This document shows positions 9,822 to 19,459 of a stretch of 64,000 nucleotides of DNA, piece by piece; within the stretch, counting starts at the first letter, position 1, and the number at the start of each line of letters is the position of its first letter. This stretch comes from Deltaproteobacteria bacterium. Its GTDB lineage: Bacteria > Myxococcota_A > Polyangia > HGW-17 > SLPX01. A program made the position numbers and the translations under genes. The stretch covers positions 56,631 to 120,630 of the forward strand of contig JAGGXR010000052.1 in assembly GCA_021162935.1 (NCBI GenBank). The letters are read 5' to 3'. The notes below the pieces were generated by a model. The model saw nothing but the letters and a program-made list of their open reading frames with translations, searched no databases and was not told the origin of the DNA.

Positions 9822-10247
9822 CTACATCCTGGTCTGGAGCAACTGGCGCACGGCCTGATTCGCCCGGTCGATGCTCTTCGAAAACAGGTCCATCTGCTGG
9901 GTGTACCGATACACGCTTACCTGGAGAGAAATCACCTGGTTGATGTCCAACGATCCCCGCATGGCCCGCCTGATATAGTGGTCCAGCTTGCGTTCGTCCT
10001 TCATCAAGCCTTCGACCTGCCTGCGAAGCAGGCCTGGTCCCTCCGGCTTGTCTGGCTTCGTTGCTCTCTGGGCGGCCTCTGGCCCGGTCGGGCCTTGCTG
10101 GGACACGACGCGACCGAACTCGGACTGGGCGCCGCCCTGCTCCGGCCTGATGGGGCCAACGAACCCAGGGCCATCGCCCATGGGCCCTCCTATCCTTTTC
10201 TTGGCTGCCACGTTTCCTGCGCCGCCTTGCACAGCACCAATTTTCAT
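9822..10247 (-). CDS. T3SS inner-rod/needle family protein (SctI-like; SctF not excluded)
   Basis: 141 aa with a Gly/Pro-rich N-terminus and a C-terminal segment …INQVISLQVSVYRYTQQMDLFSKSIDRANQAVRQLLQTRM that resembles the conserved C-terminal helix of SctI/SctF proteins. It sits immediately upstream of sctJ, the canonical sctI-sctJ order. GGAGGTG Shine-Dalgarno 6 nt before the ATG. Confidence 0.4.
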   Translation of the reverse strand: MKIGAVQGGAGNVAAKKRIGGPMGDGPGFVGPIRPEQGGAQSEFGRVVSQQGPTGPEAAQRATKPDKPEGPGLLRRQVEGLMKDERKLDHYIRRAMRGSLDINQVISLQVSVYRYTQQMDLFSKSIDRANQAVRQLLQTRM

Positions 10248-10502
10248 GAAACACCTCCGCGTCCTTGAAGAACGACCCCAGGCAACAAACCCGCTCCAGG
10301 CCGTTCTCTTTTCAGTTCACGCCCCCGATTGTCGACACGACAACCAAGGTTGTTGCGAAAAATCTGGTGGGAGAGTGAACGCTTCGGAAAAAAACGCGTT
10401 TTCTGGAAAAAACGATGCGAGGCGTGGAAATTCGCTCAGGGCGGGAAGGCCTTTCCACATCACAAAGATTGGAACGGATCCCGCGGCTGGCCGAAGGCCA
10501 CG

Positions 10503-11189
10503 TCACGAGGTGTTGACGACCTCCTGAAGCATCTTGATGGCACGGCCGTGGAGCCTACTCGCCCAGGACCGACTCAGCCCCATCTCCTTCCCCGCCTCGG
10601 CCAACGACTTATCCTTGAAATAGGACAACTCGATGATGCTGCGCTCCGACTCGGGCAGCGACTCGACCGCACGACGGACCACGTCGAACAATTCCACGTC
10701 TTCGACCTGGTCATAAACGGATCCAACGGACGCATCGGCGCTCTGTTCCACCGTCTCGGCCGCAAAGGCCAAGACCTCCATGGTCGCCAGGTTCGCCACC
10801 CGGTCTGCAAAGTTGGACAATGCATCTTCAAGGGCTCCGCCTGGTTGTCCGCCCTGGCCCTCTGATTCCAGGTATGAATCCACCCGTTCCTCACGCTGGA
10901 CCTTGTGCACCCTGGTCCGCGCCAGCACGCCCATGGATCGCAATCCGTCAAAAATCGCCCCGCGAATCCGATAGTACGCAAACGTGGAAAATGCGATGCC
11001 GCGCCGTGGATCATAGCGTTGAGCGGCAACCACGAGTCCTTGGTTGGCCAGGGCGACGGCCTCGTCGGTCAGGTCCTGATTCAGCCGAAGCATCCTGGCC
11101 GTCTTGATCGCAATCGACTTGGCCAGGCCCATGTGGCCCTCTATCAGGCTGTTTGCTCCTGCCGGAAGTCCTGAATCGACCATCGCCAT
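10503..11189 (-). CDS. Sigma-70 family RNA polymerase sigma factor, FliA/WhiG (sigma-28) type
   Basis: Region 2 (…VVAAQRYDPRRGIAFSTFAYYRIRGAIFDGLRS…) and region 4.2 HTH (…LPESERSIIELSYFKDKSLAEAGKEMGLSRSWASRLHGRAIKMLQ) are present. Length ~228 aa from Met at 11189 (MAMVDSG…). The track ORF begins 33 codons further upstream. Confidence 0.7.
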   Translation of the reverse strand: MAMVDSGLPAGANSLIEGHMGLAKSIAIKTARMLRLNQDLTDEAVALANQGLVVAAQRYDPRRGIAFSTFAYYRIRGAIFDGLRSMGVLARTRVHKVQREERVDSYLESEGQGGQPGGALEDALSNFADRVANLATMEVLAFAAETVEQSADASVGSVYDQVEDVELFDVVRRAVESLPESERSIIELSYFKDKSLAEAGKEMGLSRSWASRLHGRAIKMLQEVVNTS

Positions 11190-11696
11190 CCCCGAAGGTC
11201 CCAAGCCAATGGCTGCACTCTGGCAGCCGGTGGTCACGCACCACAGAGAACTACAATTGCTGTTGTGACCGAAGGGTACCGTTTCCAACTGTCCTGGTCA
11301 AGTTGAGGTCCACCTCGAACTTTCGCCCGGGAATAAGCGGCTCGAATGCCAGCACATTGCCCTCAACAGGAACCCTGACGGCATGCTGATCCGCCGCTCG
11401 TGCCAAAATCTCTGTTTGCTCTGCCCTCCGCACAGAACCAACCCTGCCCATTCATGCATCGGCCAGGGCATCGAAAATCCGGTCGGATTCCCGGGCAACG
11501 GTAGATAGCGGACCGCCACGATCCGATAGGCAGCCAGAACGAGGTCGTTGCGATTCGCCTTGCGCAAGGCAGGGCCGATGACTACATTTGGCATCTCCAA
11601 ACGGAACCGCCTCACAACATGACTGGGCACGGAATAGGTCGTCCAGGCGACACAAACTCGCAGAGGCGATGAAAATTCTCACGGGATGGAGACGAG

Positions 11697-14258
11697 ATGA
11701 TGAAGACGAGACACTTCTATGACGTGGTACCGGTGCTCCCGGATCGCATTTGGAAACTTCTCGATCTGGCCAAGAACATATACTGGTCCTGGCATCCAGA
11801 CGCGTTCCGGCTCTTCGAGCGCGTGGACCGGGCTCTATTCGAGGCCACGGGCCATAACCCTGTCAAGCTCCTGGCGACGGTGTCCCAGGCCAGGGTCGAA
11901 ACACTCGCCCAGGACGCCGGATTTTGCCACCACATGGACGAGGTGGTCGCACGATTCGAGCGGTACATGGCAGGTCCGGGATGGTATGACCGGCGAGAAG
12001 ACGGCGAGGGCGCCAAGCTCCTGGTGGCCTACTTCTCGGCGGAATTCGGTCTGGCGCAGTGTCTTCCCGTCTATTCGGGCGGCCTCGGCGTGTTGTCCGG
12101 CGATCATCTCAAGGCGGCATCGGATTTGAACCTTCCCCTGGTTGGCCTTGGATTGCTCTATCGAAAAGGCTACTTCCAACAGTATGTGAACCAGGACGGC
12201 TGGCAGCAGGAACGGTACCAAAGCGTTGATATCCACAACGCGCCGGCCACGCTGATCCTGGACGGTGGGCAGCCGCTGCAGGTGGAGGTCGCGTATCCGG
12301 GAAGGACGGTCTTCGCTCAGGTGTGGCGCGTGGACGTGGGTCGGGTGAAGCTGTACCTGATGGACACGCACGTGCCGGAGAACAACGAAGAGGATCAGGA
12401 CATCGGAGACTATCTCTATGGCGGAGGCAGCGAGATGCGCCTCAAGCAGGAACTCCTCCTCGGCGTGGGCGGCATGCGGGTCATCGAGGCCCTGGCCCTC
12501 CACCCCACGGTGTTCCACATGAACGAGGGGCATTCGGCCTTCCTGGCTCTGGAACGTATCCGTCAGACCATGACGCATCAAAATCTGGACTTCCCTGCAG
12601 CTCGGGCTGCCTGCGCCAGAGGAAACGTGTTCACGACGCACACGCCGGTCCCGGCGGGCTTCGACCTCTTCCCAGCCAACCTCCTCGAACGATATCTCGG
12701 CCCCCTGACGGAACAGATGGCCATTCCGTTCGATCGCATCGTTGCCATGGGACGAGGTGAGCCGGAAGACGCCGACGAACCCTTCAACATGGCCCTGTTC
12801 GCCGCCAGAAATGCAAACTTCGTCAACGGAGTCAGCAAGCTACACGGAGAGGTCACAAAGGAACTGTTCCATCATCTCACCCCGGATACGCCGGTCCACG
12901 AAATTCCCGTCACCTCGGTGACCAACGGCGTCCACCACCGGACCTGGTGCTCTCGGGACATGACCGACCTGTTGACGCGGTACCTGGGCGAGGGATGGTT
13001 CGACGATCCCACGAACAAGGAGACGTGGCAGCATGTGGCGGCCATCCCAGACGCGGAGCTGTGGCGGGTCCACGAGCGAGGCCGAGCTAAACTGGTCACC
13101 GTGGCCCGATCCATGCTGCGCAACCAGCTTTCGGAACGGGGTGCGACCCAACGGGACCTGGCCGTTGCCGACGAAATCCTGGACCCCGAGGTCCTGACCA
13201 TCGGCTTTGCGAGACGCTTCGCCACCTACAAACGAGCGACGCTCCTGTTCAGGGACGAAAACCGACTCAGGCGACTTCTGTCGCACCCGCGTCGCCCCAT
13301 CCAAATCGTCTTCGCCGGCAAGGCTCACCCGCGGGACGAAGCGGGCAAGCGACTCATCCAAAAAATCGTGCGATTCTCCCAGGACCCCGATGTCCGCCGC
13401 CGGATCGTGTTCCTGGAGAACTACCACATCGGTCTCGCCCGGACCCTGGTCGCGGGAGTGGACGTCTGGCTGAACACGCCCAGGCGTCCCATGGAGGCAA
13501 GCGGAACGAGCGGAATGAAGGTGGTCTACAACGGCGGGCTGAACTTCAGCGTGCTCGACGGCTGGTGGTGCGAGGGATACGGCCCGGAAACAGGATGGGC
13601 CATTGGGGCTGGCGAGGACTACGACGACAACGAATACCAGGACCAGGTGGAGTCCGAGGCCCTCTATCACACCCTGGAGAACGACATCGTTCCCGCCTTC
13701 TACGACCGTGACGAAAGCGATCTTCCCCGGGGATGGGTCTCGAAGATGAAGGCATCCATGGCGCAACTCGGCCCGTTCTTCAACACCCACAGAATGGTGC
13801 GCGACTACCACGACGAGTGCTACGCACCAGCAGCCGAAGATTCCCTACGGCTCGCCCAGGACTCGTTCTTCGAGGCCAGGCAGGAAGCTCTCTGGCGAGA
13901 ACGAATCCGGTCCTCCTGGTCCGGAGTCGAAATCCTGTCGGTGGACGTCCCGACGAACCGACAGAGCCTCCCGGTCGGGTCCTCGCTGCACGTGTCGGCC
14001 CGCGTCCGTCTGTCGGACCTTGCCACTGATGACGTATCGGTGGAGGCCTACGTCGGCCCGGTGGACGAGCACCAGCGGATCGAAAAGGGAGAGGCATTCA
14101 GCCTCGATCCAGTGGAGCACTTCGACGACGGAACCGTCCGGTACGAAGGAGACGTTCCCTGCAACCATTCGGGCAGCCACGGAATGCGAATTCGCATCCG
14201 CCCGCATCGCAGCGGCGTCCGGACCCTCTTCGCCCCGGTCCATTGGGAAAAACTGTAA
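11697..14258 (+). CDS. glgP: Alpha-glucan (glycogen/maltodextrin) phosphorylase, GlgP family with DUF3417 N-terminus
   Basis: 853 aa. Carries the PLP-lysine motif …EASGTSGMK… and conserved blocks …VAYFSAEFGL…LPVYSGGLGVLSGDHLKAASDL…, …FARRFATYKR…, …IVFAGKAHP…. Confidence 0.9.
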   Translation: MMKTRHFYDVVPVLPDRIWKLLDLAKNIYWSWHPDAFRLFERVDRALFEATGHNPVKLLATVSQARVETLAQDAGFCHHMDEVVARFERYMAGPGWYDRREDGEGAKLLVAYFSAEFGLAQCLPVYSGGLGVLSGDHLKAASDLNLPLVGLGLLYRKGYFQQYVNQDGWQQERYQSVDIHNAPATLILDGGQPLQVEVAYPGRTVFAQVWRVDVGRVKLYLMDTHVPENNEEDQDIGDYLYGGGSEMRLKQELLLGVGGMRVIEALALHPTVFHMNEGHSAFLALERIRQTMTHQNLDFPAARAACARGNVFTTHTPVPAGFDLFPANLLERYLGPLTEQMAIPFDRIVAMGRGEPEDADEPFNMALFAARNANFVNGVSKLHGEVTKELFHHLTPDTPVHEIPVTSVTNGVHHRTWCSRDMTDLLTRYLGEGWFDDPTNKETWQHVAAIPDAELWRVHERGRAKLVTVARSMLRNQLSERGATQRDLAVADEILDPEVLTIGFARRFATYKRATLLFRDENRLRRLLSHPRRPIQIVFAGKAHPRDEAGKRLIQKIVRFSQDPDVRRRIVFLENYHIGLARTLVAGVDVWLNTPRRPMEASGTSGMKVVYNGGLNFSVLDGWWCEGYGPETGWAIGAGEDYDDNEYQDQVESEALYHTLENDIVPAFYDRDESDLPRGWVSKMKASMAQLGPFFNTHRMVRDYHDECYAPAAEDSLRLAQDSFFEARQEALWRERIRSSWSGVEILSVDVPTNRQSLPVGSSLHVSARVRLSDLATDDVSVEAYVGPVDEHQRIEKGEAFSLDPVEHFDDGTVRYEGDVPCNHSGSHGMRIRIRPHRSGVRTLFAPVHWEKL

Positions 14259-14605
14259 TGACAGATGCCTGCCGCCTGTCAGTGGCCTCCCGTAAGGAGG
14301 CCTCGCCGGCCAAGACAAACGGCATCTTCATGCTATGAAAAGAATGGAGCGACCTAAATTTTCCTCGGGATTCGACCATGTAAGCAACCATTCTTGCTCC
14401 AGATGGCTCTAAGACAGTAACGATGGCCATCGAATCGACGAAATGCCGAAAAAAGGCTGAATCTTGGACCGAACCTCGTACGTTCGAGGGAGGATTCGAA
14501 AACTCGATCGAAAATCGGTCTGAACGTCGAACATGCGAATAGAATTGAACCTGATCCGGCCAGACTGCGGTCCGGCCGGGCAACACACACATTGCGGAGT
14601 GTATC

Positions 14606-15145
14606 ATGGCAAAAAGTAAGGCGGCACGAAACGCCTCCAAGAAAAAAAAGAAGAAGAAACCCACGCGGTCTGCCGGAAGTGCTCGTCCAGGTGCAGGGCG
14701 AGCGGCTCCTGAGCGACAGAGCGACGGTCCGGTCCACATCAAGTCGGTGGCTCACTTCGAACAGTACCTGGAGCGCCCCGAACCTGCAGTGGTGGACTTC
14801 TGGGCGACCTGGTGTGTCCCATGCAAAATGATGGCGCCGATCTTCGAACGCGTATCCAGGCAATTCAAAGGGCAGGCCAATTTCCTCAAGGTGAACACGG
14901 AAGAACTCGGAGCCATCTCGAACAGCTTCGGCATCCGGTCCATCCCGACCATGGTCATTTTGGTGAATGGCGACGTGGTGGACAGTCACGTGGGTGTGGT
15001 TGCAGACGGCAGCCTCGTCAAGATGACCCAACGGGCCATCGACAAGGCGCAGGGAGTCGGATTCACGGACAAGCTCAAACGATTCTTTGGTAAGGGCAAG
15101 ACTGCGGATACCACCCAAGAAACGCCCGCTGAAGAAGGCGACTGA
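14606..15145 (+). CDS. trx: Thioredoxin with an N-terminal Lys-rich extension
   Basis: Active site WCVPC within …VVDFWATWCVPCKMMAPIFE…, followed by a thioredoxin fold (…FLKVNTEEL…IRSIPTMVIL…). The N-terminus MAKSKAARNASKKKKKKKPTRS is encoded by an A-rich tract. Confidence 0.85.
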   Translation: MAKSKAARNASKKKKKKKPTRSAGSARPGAGRAAPERQSDGPVHIKSVAHFEQYLERPEPAVVDFWATWCVPCKMMAPIFERVSRQFKGQANFLKVNTEELGAISNSFGIRSIPTMVILVNGDVVDSHVGVVADGSLVKMTQRAIDKAQGVGFTDKLKRFFGKGKTADTTQETPAEEGD

Positions 15146-15274
15146 ACCGCCGACGTCCCGACTTCCGACCTCCAAATTGCACCAAGCCAAAGTGCATCAT
15201 CAACACGGTCCATCGGGGTCCTACTGGACCGGCAAGCCCGCCCTTTCTCCTTGTGGAAAATGTCGGTCCGTAGC

Positions 15275-17458
15275 CTACATATCGCCGTAGAACTTCACGC
15301 GATTCCGTCCCGTTTCCTTGGCTCGATACAACGCCTGGTCTCCAAGCTCGATGATCTGCTCCTTGCGGGTCCCATGGTCGGGATACGAAGCAACGCCAAA
15401 ACTCATCGTGCAATGGAAGGGCCCCTGCTCAGAATCGAATTCGAGCTTGGCGACCTCCTCGCGGATGCGTTCAGCCAGTTGGACCGCGCCTTGACCGTCG
15501 GTTCCCTCCAGCACGAGAGTAAACTCCTCCCCGCCGTACCGAGCCACCACGTCGATGGTCCGAACCGATGTGGCGAGCACCTGGGACACGCCTTTGAGGA
15601 CCACGTCCCCGATGGGATGGCCATACGTGTCGTTGACCTTCTTGAAATGGTCGATGTCCGTGAGCACGAACGAAAGCGGCATGCCGGATCGTTTTGCACG
15701 AGCCAGCATCTCCGACATACGATCCTGGAAGGTTCGGTGGTTCATGAGCCCGGTCAAGCCGTCGGTCGTGGCCATCTCTTCGAGTTGCTTGAGCATCAGC
15801 GCATTCTGGATGGAAACCGCGACCTGGTGTCCAATCACCCGCAACATCTCGCGACGGTTCGGTGTGAAGACCCCCGGATCGCTGCAGGCGAGAACGACGG
15901 TTCCAACGGCACGATCGCCGGCAATCAAGGGCATGACGAACATGGACTGCATGCCTTTGAACCGATGCTTCTTGTTGAACACTGGCTGATTCGCCCGAAA
16001 CCGTCCGCCCACGGGCAGATAATGACGATTCTTGACCACCATGGTCACGAGCGACGAGGTCGCGTCGGTGAACGTCAGGTCAACGATGCCTTCTGGAACC
16101 TCTCCATCGACCGCTGCCACCCGATGACGCCGTTCCGCAACGTCGTACAAGGTGATGGCGCCCGCCTGAAAATCCACGATCTGCCTCGCCGCGCGAAAGG
16201 CACTCTTCATCACTTGCTCTAGCTTCCAGGCCTGATTGAGCATCTCCGACGCGTGGAAAAAGCGCTCCTGTTCGTACTTGGATCGCTCAACGCCACAAAA
16301 AAGCTGCTCGGATTGCACCGTCCGCAAGATCTGATCGGCCGCCCGATCCATCAGGGTCACGTCCATGTCGTCGAACGGGACGGGGACCCGCCTGTCCGCA
16401 CAGATGACGCCGCGTACAAATCCGCCCTCGAGAACCGGAATTCCCAGAAAGGCCCCGACCTGTTCGGGGCCACGATAGTACGGAAAGGCCGAGGCCGGCT
16501 GCCTGACCGGACAGAGATTCAAGGTTGACCTGGTCTTGAGCACTCCACCCACGAGGCCGTGACGAGATGCCGACGATCCCTCGGTGAGCATGTCGCTATC
16601 CGACACCACCTCTCGTATCTTGAGTCTCGTTCCCGAGTCATCCAGCCACAACAGGACGCAACTTTGGAGGTTCAGGCTGTTTTTCAACATCTCCAGGATA
16701 TAGAAAAGACTCTGGTGGATCGCTTCGACCGATCCGCTCCAGAGCTTTTCGAGCTGTTTGGTTCGATCGCCGTCGCTGCCGAGGGAGGCTCCAATGAGCC
16801 GAAATTCGGCTGCTTCCACGTGAAACCTTTCGATCTCTTCGTCCAACTTGGACCGAAACTTCCGCCGAAGCCGCAGCGCCTCGGTGCGCAGAAACAGGGC
16901 GCCCACCCCGGCAAACAGGACAGCAAAGACCGCGTGGATCAGCCACAGACGTGTGCCCACCGGTTCCACCGTATGGATCACCAAAGCCTCGATGCCCAAC
17001 GAAGCGGCAATCAGGATGCCGCCGACCACCATCCCGTCGGCAGCCACCACGAAACAGGCGAGCGCATACACAAGCGGATAAAGGGGGGAACGGAGCCCTC
17101 CAGCCAACTGGATCAGGGCATGGGTCGTCACCACGAAAAGCAGACCAACTTCCACGTCGCGGGCGGCCCGTACCACTCGTCCTTCCAATGGGGTCTCGCC
17201 GGACTGTGGCCCCAGTCCGCCACTCTGTTTCAGTCTGGCCACGACTCGCGCCGCCAGAACCGCACAAAGCGCCGCTGCAACGAGAAAACGCACCGAGTCG
17301 GTGCCCGGCCGAGCCAGGTCCACGAAGAAACCCTGAACCACGAGGGCTGCAAAGGCGCCTGCTGCTGCAAAGCCCCACCACGAGGCGATCGAACTGCGGA
17401 ACTGGAAGATCGCCCGTAGCGCGTGATACCGCAGTCCTTGACTTCCCACGTCCTTCAC
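15275..17458 (-). CDS. Membrane-anchored sensor diguanylate cyclase (multi-TM N-terminus, tandem GAF, GGDEF with GGEEF active site)
   Basis: Hydrophobic N-terminal ~200 aa, two GAF-like regions, and a C-terminal GGDEF domain (…LTGLMNHRTFQ…DIDHFKKVNDTYGHPIGD…RYGGEEFTLVL…ALYRAKETGRNRV). Confidence 0.85.
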   Translation of the reverse strand: MKDVGSQGLRYHALRAIFQFRSSIASWWGFAAAGAFAALVVQGFFVDLARPGTDSVRFLVAAALCAVLAARVVARLKQSGGLGPQSGETPLEGRVVRAARDVEVGLLFVVTTHALIQLAGGLRSPLYPLVYALACFVVAADGMVVGGILIAASLGIEALVIHTVEPVGTRLWLIHAVFAVLFAGVGALFLRTEALRLRRKFRSKLDEEIERFHVEAAEFRLIGASLGSDGDRTKQLEKLWSGSVEAIHQSLFYILEMLKNSLNLQSCVLLWLDDSGTRLKIREVVSDSDMLTEGSSASRHGLVGGVLKTRSTLNLCPVRQPASAFPYYRGPEQVGAFLGIPVLEGGFVRGVICADRRVPVPFDDMDVTLMDRAADQILRTVQSEQLFCGVERSKYEQERFFHASEMLNQAWKLEQVMKSAFRAARQIVDFQAGAITLYDVAERRHRVAAVDGEVPEGIVDLTFTDATSSLVTMVVKNRHYLPVGGRFRANQPVFNKKHRFKGMQSMFVMPLIAGDRAVGTVVLACSDPGVFTPNRREMLRVIGHQVAVSIQNALMLKQLEEMATTDGLTGLMNHRTFQDRMSEMLARAKRSGMPLSFVLTDIDHFKKVNDTYGHPIGDVVLKGVSQVLATSVRTIDVVARYGGEEFTLVLEGTDGQGAVQLAERIREEVAKLEFDSEQGPFHCTMSFGVASYPDHGTRKEQIIELGDQALYRAKETGRNRVKFYGDM

Positions 17459-17553
17459 AATGCCTCCTCGGCCACAAACACTGTGTGTTTCATGACGCCG
17501 ACCGAATCCGCTGCCGACATGCCCTGGCAGGACGAACGGTCAGGGCTAACCTG

Positions 17554-17871
17554 CTACCGCCACCTGCCCTGGCGCACCACGAATACGATCTCACCGTCTC
17601 GAATCAATCCAAGCTCGTCTCTGGCGACGCGACTAATGGCCGCATCGTTCGACCTCAGGTCCTCGACCTGCCTGGTCAGCACCCGAATCTCGGCTGCTTT
17701 GCGTCGATTTCTCTCTTTGATGGTACGCAATTCGCTCTTGAGCCCGAAATATTGCATCAGCCCGTGCCTGCCCACGAATTCGAAGGGAAGCCAGGAAAGT
17801 CCCATGGCCAAAACCGCAGCAAGCAGCACCTGAGCAAAGAATCGAAACAGCCCCCCCCTCTTGCGCCTCAT
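17554..17871 (-). CDS. ftsB: Septum formation initiator FtsB/DivIC family
   Basis: MRRKRGGLFRFFAQVLLAAVLAMGLSWLPFEF… (a single TM helix) then a coiled coil …LRTIKERNRRKAAEIRVLTRQVEDLRSNDAAISRVARDELGLIRDGEIVFVV, the FtsB-family C-terminal motif. Confidence 0.7.
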   Translation of the reverse strand: MRRKRGGLFRFFAQVLLAAVLAMGLSWLPFEFVGRHGLMQYFGLKSELRTIKERNRRKAAEIRVLTRQVEDLRSNDAAISRVARDELGLIRDGEIVFVVRQGRWR

Positions 17872-18419
17872 CGTGTCTGTTCCAACGTCCTCGTTCACGG
17901 CGGTCTCGTTCCTATCTCTGGTCGATGTGGTCCCTGCAGACCATCGCGGAATCGGGTCATCCGTCCAGAGCAATCGTCTGCATGCAACCATTATAGATGG
18001 GTCCTTCCTACTGTCCAAAAATCGCCCATCTTCGCGGAACCAAACAGATCTGCTCGCAGTCACCCTCGCCTTGGATCCAAGCTTCCATTCCGTCCCTGAC
18101 GAACGTCATACCGAAAGAATCACGGCTGAATTTTCCCTTGGCAAAGCCGTCTCACGGCACAAAGCGGTGAAACGTCCCCCCATCGTTTCCACTGTCTCCC
18201 CCCATCGTTTCCATTGATCGATGGCGGACCCACTGCCATCGAGTGGTCTATGGCGCTCGCACGACTCCTGTTCCCGCTTCTCCCAAGAGTCCGCACCGAT
18301 GTTCTGGAGTTTTGGTCCACACCTGCTATCATCCCACCCAGTTTGAAATGCGGCACAGCGTCTGACATAAAGGCGTCGCCAGAGCACGGAGGTATCGAGT
18401 GCGGGGACCAAAAAAGGAC

Positions 18420-18971
18420 ATGAACGCCAAATGCACAGGGTCGCTGCCGTCTGGTCTGGCCGTCTTCGCCCTCTTCGCCGCCTCGGCGATGGCAACACAG
18501 GCATGCGGAAAAAACGTGAGCTGCAACAAGCTCTTCTCACGCAACAAGGAATGCGCCGACGCATTCGAACAGTATGTTCTCGCCCGGTCCGGATCACCAG
18601 GAGCAAGGCCTGCTGCCTCGAACCCAACCAAGTCCGGGCCCCCTCGACCAGGAAACAAAGCCAAGGATAGGTCGCAACCTGGAGAACCAACCGGCAAGGC
18701 GGCTGCACCGACCCGTTCCGCCGGTCAAACGAAGTTGCCAGCAGCACAGCGCAAGGCACAGCAACGTCGAAAGACTTTTGCGGCTGCGGCAAAACAACTG
18801 CGCAGCATCTACACATCGAAGGCCTTTCTTGGCAGATGCAACGATGCCTGGTTCGGCAACCAATCCATGGACCGTCGCTTCAAGAAGGAGGCTGCCCGGT
18901 GTCTGGCGATGAAAAGCTGTGATGCCTATGTCCGCTGTATGGTCTCCATCAGGACCCCGCAACCGCACTGA
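18420..18971 (+). CDS. Hypothetical secreted Cys-rich protein
   Basis: Signal peptide MNAKCTGSLPSGLAVFALFAASAMA. Cys pairs at both ends (CGKNVSCNKLFSRNKEC… and …CNDAWFGN…CLAMKSCDAYVRC) flank a Pro/Ala/Lys-rich linker. No homolog recognised; codon usage looks coding. Confidence 0.4.
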   Translation: MNAKCTGSLPSGLAVFALFAASAMATQACGKNVSCNKLFSRNKECADAFEQYVLARSGSPGARPAASNPTKSGPPRPGNKAKDRSQPGEPTGKAAAPTRSAGQTKLPAAQRKAQQRRKTFAAAAKQLRSIYTSKAFLGRCNDAWFGNQSMDRRFKKEAARCLAMKSCDAYVRCMVSIRTPQPH

Positions 18972-19459
18972 GCCGAAGGAATCTCGTGCGCCCTGTCCAG
19001 GTGGCCATGCCATGAATCGACGGCATCCTCCTGCAGTCCAAGGTCACCCCGTCACCTCAGATCCAATTTTCCACGAAAGGAAACAGGACGAGCGTCAATG
19101 CATCGAAATGAATGGAAAGGAATGGTGAAATGCAACGGTCTAAGGGTCCGGTTCATCTGAGAGGGAGCATGAAGGTACGTGTGCCGTCGTCGCAGTGGCA
19201 CGCGCAATACAGCAGCAGTGAACTGTCCTGGCTCGTCGGTGTCGTGATGGACGCCGCATCGGAACTCCTCATTCAATTCGATGGCGCCATCGGCCCCTTC
19301 GTCAGACTCGAAGACCTCAAGTTGACCGGCGGGCTGGATGCAGGCGACTACATCATCATCGAATCCGAAATGGTCCGCTGGGGCAAGCAGGAACGCATCA
19401 TCGCCTGCACGATCCGCCGGACCATTGCCAGGCTCCCTCAGGAGACGCCGGGAGTCAGC

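Noticed and set aside
9622-10254. Upstream 210 codons of the 500-aa ORF 8752-10254
   Set aside because: This frame overlaps the SctI-like ORF (another frame) and is Arg/Pro-rich junk. SctJ homology begins at the lipoprotein signal near 9621.
10329-11174. Several 60-180-aa plus-strand ORFs
   Set aside because: All are antisense to the sigma-factor gene, with no recognisable motifs.
18106-18816. 236-aa minus-strand Cys/Arg-rich ORF
   Set aside because: Overlaps the more plausible secreted-protein gene on the plus strand. Arg/Cys/Pro composition typical of antisense GC-rich sequence.
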